Assembly: GCA_963737905.1 (NCBI GenBank)
Contig: CAVTUQ010000025.1
Location: 224,001 to 288,000 of the forward strand
Length of the DNA stretch: 64,000 nucleotides
From: an uncultured delta proteobacterium
Lineage (GTDB): Bacteria > Desulfobacterota > Binatia > UBA9968
Direction of reading: 5' to 3'
The notes beneath the pieces are model-generated. The model was given only the letters and a program-made list of their open reading frames with translations. It had not been told where the DNA came from and made no database searches. Shown one piece after another: positions 60,629 to 64,000 of the stretch. The position numbers and the translations under genes were made by a program. Every line of letters starts with the position of its first letter. Position 1 is the stretch's first letter.

Positions 60629-62996
60629 TCAATGATATTTTTGTCTCTGATAGCGCTGCCAGACTTTTTCCGGCGTGAGCGGCAAATGATAAAGCCGTAC
60701 CCCCGTCGCCCGGTAGACGGCGTTGCCAATCGCCGGCGCAACCGGCAGCAACCCCCCTTCTCCTGTTCCCTTGGCGCCAAAAGGTCCCGGGCCGTTGTGA
60801 TTTTCCACGAGTATGGTTTCAAAACCTATCGGCAAGTCGCTTGGCTCCAAAGGGCCCCGGGCCATTTTGATTTTCAATCAGAATCGTCTCAAATCCTTCC
60901 GGTAAATGAGCGAACGTCGGAACTCGATAGTCCACAAGATTGGGATTTAAGAGCTGGCCATCTCGATAGATCATCTCTTCAAGCAGGCTGTGGCCGATGG
61001 CGTTCATGACGCCGCCCTCGTCCTGCCCCTCGCACAGCACCGGATGGATCGCCTTGCCCACGTCGGCCAGCGAGACATATTTAATCAATTTAATTTGGCC
61101 GGTGTCGCGATCGACCTCAACTTCCGCTCCACCCCAAGAGATCTCCCAAAAAGTCGTGGGAGAGCCCAGAGCCGCCTTTTGACTCTTGATATCTTGATAG
61201 GCTCCGCGTCCAACGATTTCACCGGCCTTTGATGAAAAGACTTTGTGCAAGAGGCCTTCGAAGGAAATATTTTGTCCCTTGGAGTCTTCTATTCGTCCGT
61301 GCTTAAGCGACAATCCAGCGGGTTTCACCTTGAGTACCTTGGCCCCATGCCGTAACAACTGGCGCTTCAAATCCTGGGCGGCCCTTTGCACGGATAATCC
61401 CATCACGACGGTGGAGCTACTGGCGTTGGTGTTGACGTCATAGGGGGTCACGTCGGTATCGAGCTGGGCCACCGTGACGCGGCTCAATGGAACAGCCAAC
61501 TCTTCAGCGACGATCTGGCTCAATGCGGTGCGGGCTCCTTGCCCGATCTCGACGGTGCCGGTTAATAAAATGATGCTACCGTCAGAATTCATTTTGACCG
61601 CGGCGGAGGCAACTTTGTAGGTGCCGCCACCGTCCTTCATGCAACAGGCCAATCCTTTGCCGCGATTGGGCTTGTTGTCTTTCTTATTCCAGCCAATTTG
61701 TTTGGCGGCGCGTAGCAAACCCTCTTTGAGATCGCAATCCACCGGCGTATCCCCCGGAGTGTAGAGCTCGCCCTTCTTCAATAGATTCTTGAGCCGAAAC
61801 TGAAGCGGATCCATCGCGAGTTGCTCGGCGATGATGTCCATCTGCGACTCGTAAGCCCAGGTCACCTGCAAGGTGCCGAAACCGCGGTAAGCGCCTCCAG
61901 GAACGGTGTTGCTGTAGACCGTATGCGCATCGGTTTTGACATGGGGGATTCGGTACGGCCCGAAACAGCGATAGCCCGCCTTCTGGGTCACACGCGGCCC
62001 GGCGTCGGCATAGGCGCCCGTTTCCATGTGAATGAGACATTGCCGCGCCACAAGCTTTCCGTCCTTCGTTACTCCTGTCTTAATCTGAACTCGCGCCGGG
62101 TGGCGCGTGACCGTCTTGAAACTCTCTTCGATGGAGTGGACGAGGCGAACCGGCCGCCGTGCCTTCCATGACAGGGCCACGGCCAACGGCTCCGTTTTCA
62201 CGGCGAGCTTGCCACCGTAGGCGCCGCCGAGATACGGCACGATGATTCTTACTCTGTTCATCGGCAGATGGAAAATCTCGGATAAATGCTCCCGCAACGT
62301 AAATGGCTCCTGGGTACCGGCCCAAAGCGTGATGTGGTTCCCGTCCATGTGGGCGACCGTCGCATGGGGCTCCATGGAAAAGTGATGCACTCGCGGAAAT
62401 CTAAACGTGTCTTCAAAAATGTGATCGGCTTTCCTAAAACCTTCCTCGACGTTGCCCTTGGCGTAGCTAAAGCGATAGCACAGATTGCTGCCGGCGAATT
62501 CCTTCGGTGCTTCGTAGTGTTGTCCCATCATCTCCCCGCCGCTCGACGAGCTGTCATGCACTAAAGGAGCATCGGGAGCCAGCGCTTCCTCTATCGAAGT
62601 CACAGCCGGCAATTCGTCGTACTCGACATCGATCAGATTCAAAGCCTCTTCCGCCGTCGCTTCGTCGACAGCCGCCACCGCGGCCACGGGATCGCCCACG
62701 TAACGCACTTTGTCGATGGCCACGATGGTCTGATCTTTGTACGCGGCGCCGAACATTCCTAATCCTCTCTGATCGTCGCGAGTGATAACGGCACAGACTC
62801 CTCGAAGCCCCTCCGCTCTGCGAGCATCGACTCGTTTGATTCGAGCGTGGGCGTAGGGACTGCGAAGGATTTTCCCGTGGGCCATTCCCGGCAGTTCGAC
62901 ATCGACGGTATAAACCGCCTTGCCGGTAACTTTATCTTCCCCATCCAGTCGAGCTTCCGGCCGGCCGACGACTTGGTAAGCGCGTGCCTTTTTCAT
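60629..62996 (-). pseudogene. Xanthine dehydrogenase-family molybdopterin-binding subunit, frameshifted near the C-terminus
   Basis: KVTGKAVY, LGGAYGGK, YRGFG, EIGQG; the ORF stops at 60819 while GAKGTGEGG...LPLTPEKV continues in another frame after a 70-nt duplication. Confidence 0.8.
60771..60910. repeat. Diverged 70-nt tandem duplication
   Basis: 60771-60840 vs 60841-60910 align without gaps, 19 mismatches in 70 by manual count; both encode ..LP.GFETIL.EN.NGPGPFGAK. Confidence 0.9.
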
Positions 62997-64000
62997 CTCT
63001 TAACCTCGTTGCCGTAATTCTTGATCACCCAGTCCATCGCCTCCTCGCGACTCGACAGCTCCCCTCCGAGCTGCGCTTCTTCGACTTGTTTGAGAATGGT
63101 TTGGAAACTGGGTCCGGGAGAAAACCCCATGGCAATCAAATCCCGCCCCCGCAGCAGGGGTTCAGGATGAATCTCTTCCTCTTTCAGTTCCGCAAGTTTC
63201 TGTTTGCAAAACCGGTAGTACTGGAGATCGCCGTTGGCGGAGAGTGCATCGATACGCGTCAATTCCAAGAGCTCATCAATGCCGTCCTCGCCCAGAAAGC
63301 GTTTGAGCGTGCTGAGGCGCATCTGGTTCGCCTGCATATGACGCAAGTGATTGCGGACCAAGTAGGCGACCCGTTCCCAGGTCGGTCGGCTCCGCTTCAA
63401 ACGCTTCAACATCTCTTCAGCCATTTCGGCGCCCTTTTCCGTATGGCCGTAAAAGGTAATGCGCTCCCCATCGCGCCGGATGCAAACCGGCTTACCCACG
63501 TCGTGCAGTAGACAGCCGTAGGCCAACGTCTCGGTAGGCGAATCCAGGTGGCTCAGGGTTAGCATCGTATGCGTGAAAACATCGCCCTCGGGATGGTAGT
63601 CCGGACTCTGCTCGACACCTTTCATGGCGTCGATTTCGGGCAGCAAAACCTTCAAGAGACCCGTCCGATCCAACAACTCAAATCCGGTTTGGGCCCCGCC
63701 CTCGGTTAGAATACGCGTCATCTCCTCGCCGATACGTTCCGAGGAAATTTGTTTAATGGTCGGGGCAAGATCGCGCATGGCAGCGAACGTTTCACTTTCA
63801 ACCGTGAACTCCAGGCTGGCTGCGAAGCGTACCCCTCGTACCATGCGCAAGCGGTCCTCTTCAAAACGAGAACGAGGACTACCGATGGCGCGGACCAACT
63901 TCTTCTCTAAATCCTTTCTTCCGCCGACGAGATCAATAAGTTGGTCCGCAATCGGATCATAGACCATACCATTGATCGTAAAGTCGCGCCGGAAAATATC
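62993..64000 (-). CDS. CCA-type tRNA nucleotidyltransferase with HD domain, partial (5' end outside window)
   Basis: RRDFTING, EDRLRMVRGVRF, ERI, HPEGDVFTHT, LLHDVGKP; ATGA overlap with the Mo-subunit gene. Confidence 0.9.
   Translation of the reverse strand, partial: DIFRRDFTINGMVYDPIADQLIDLVGGRKDLEKKLVRAIGSPRSRFEEDRLRMVRGVRFAASLEFTVESETFAAMRDLAPTIKQISSERIGEEMTRILTEGGAQTGFELLDRTGLLKVLLPEIDAMKGVEQSPDYHPEGDVFTHTMLTLSHLDSPTETLAYGCLLHDVGKPVCIRRDGERITFYGHTEKGAEMAEEMLKRLKRSRPTWERVAYLVRNHLRHMQANQMRLSTLKRFLGEDGIDELLELTRIDALSANGDLQYYRFCKQKLAELKEEEIHPEPLLRGRDLIAMGFSPGPSFQTILKQVEEAQLGGELSSREEAMDWVIKNYGNEVKR

Noticed and set aside
1-64000. CRISPR array, prophage, integrase, rRNA or tRNA genes
   Set aside because: No regularly spaced repeats, phage or integrase ORFs, or rRNA/tRNA signatures were seen by eye.

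Overview
GC-rich bacterial chromosomal window. The gene mix suggests a Deltaproteobacteria-like lineage such as Ca. Binatota (inference only). It contains hopanoid genes (hpnB partial, hpnA, hpnH); a catabolic cluster (two tandem TPP enzymes, class II aldolase, MmgE/PrpD, CmcJ/NvfI-like oxygenase, bicupin, hydrolase); a DNA topoisomerase VI pair; an amidase with a small partner and several solute-binding proteins; an orphan ExeA-type ATPase/HAMP module behind a DnaA-box cluster; a PAS-HisKA-REC protein with no kinase domain; the housekeeping run coaBC-DUF4416-UDG-nfeD-stomatin-queA-tgt-yajC-secD-secF-recJ; trmI, PAC2 and a family-B DNA polymerase; ABC and Tct transporters; a broken xanthine-dehydrogenase-family Mo subunit; and a partial tRNA nucleotidyltransferase. 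I saw no rRNA, tRNA, CRISPR array or transposase gene. The most notable observations are: (1) a ~240-nt nested structured non-coding element at ~9690-9930 resembling an orphan IS110-type non-coding end/bridge RNA; (2) a PolB with proofreading residues substituted but polymerase motifs intact; (3) a clamp-binding-like QMTLGF motif in the Topo VIB tail; (4) a 70-nt diverged tandem duplication that frameshifts the Mo-enzyme gene; (5) the orphan ExeA/HAMP/coiled-coil module.
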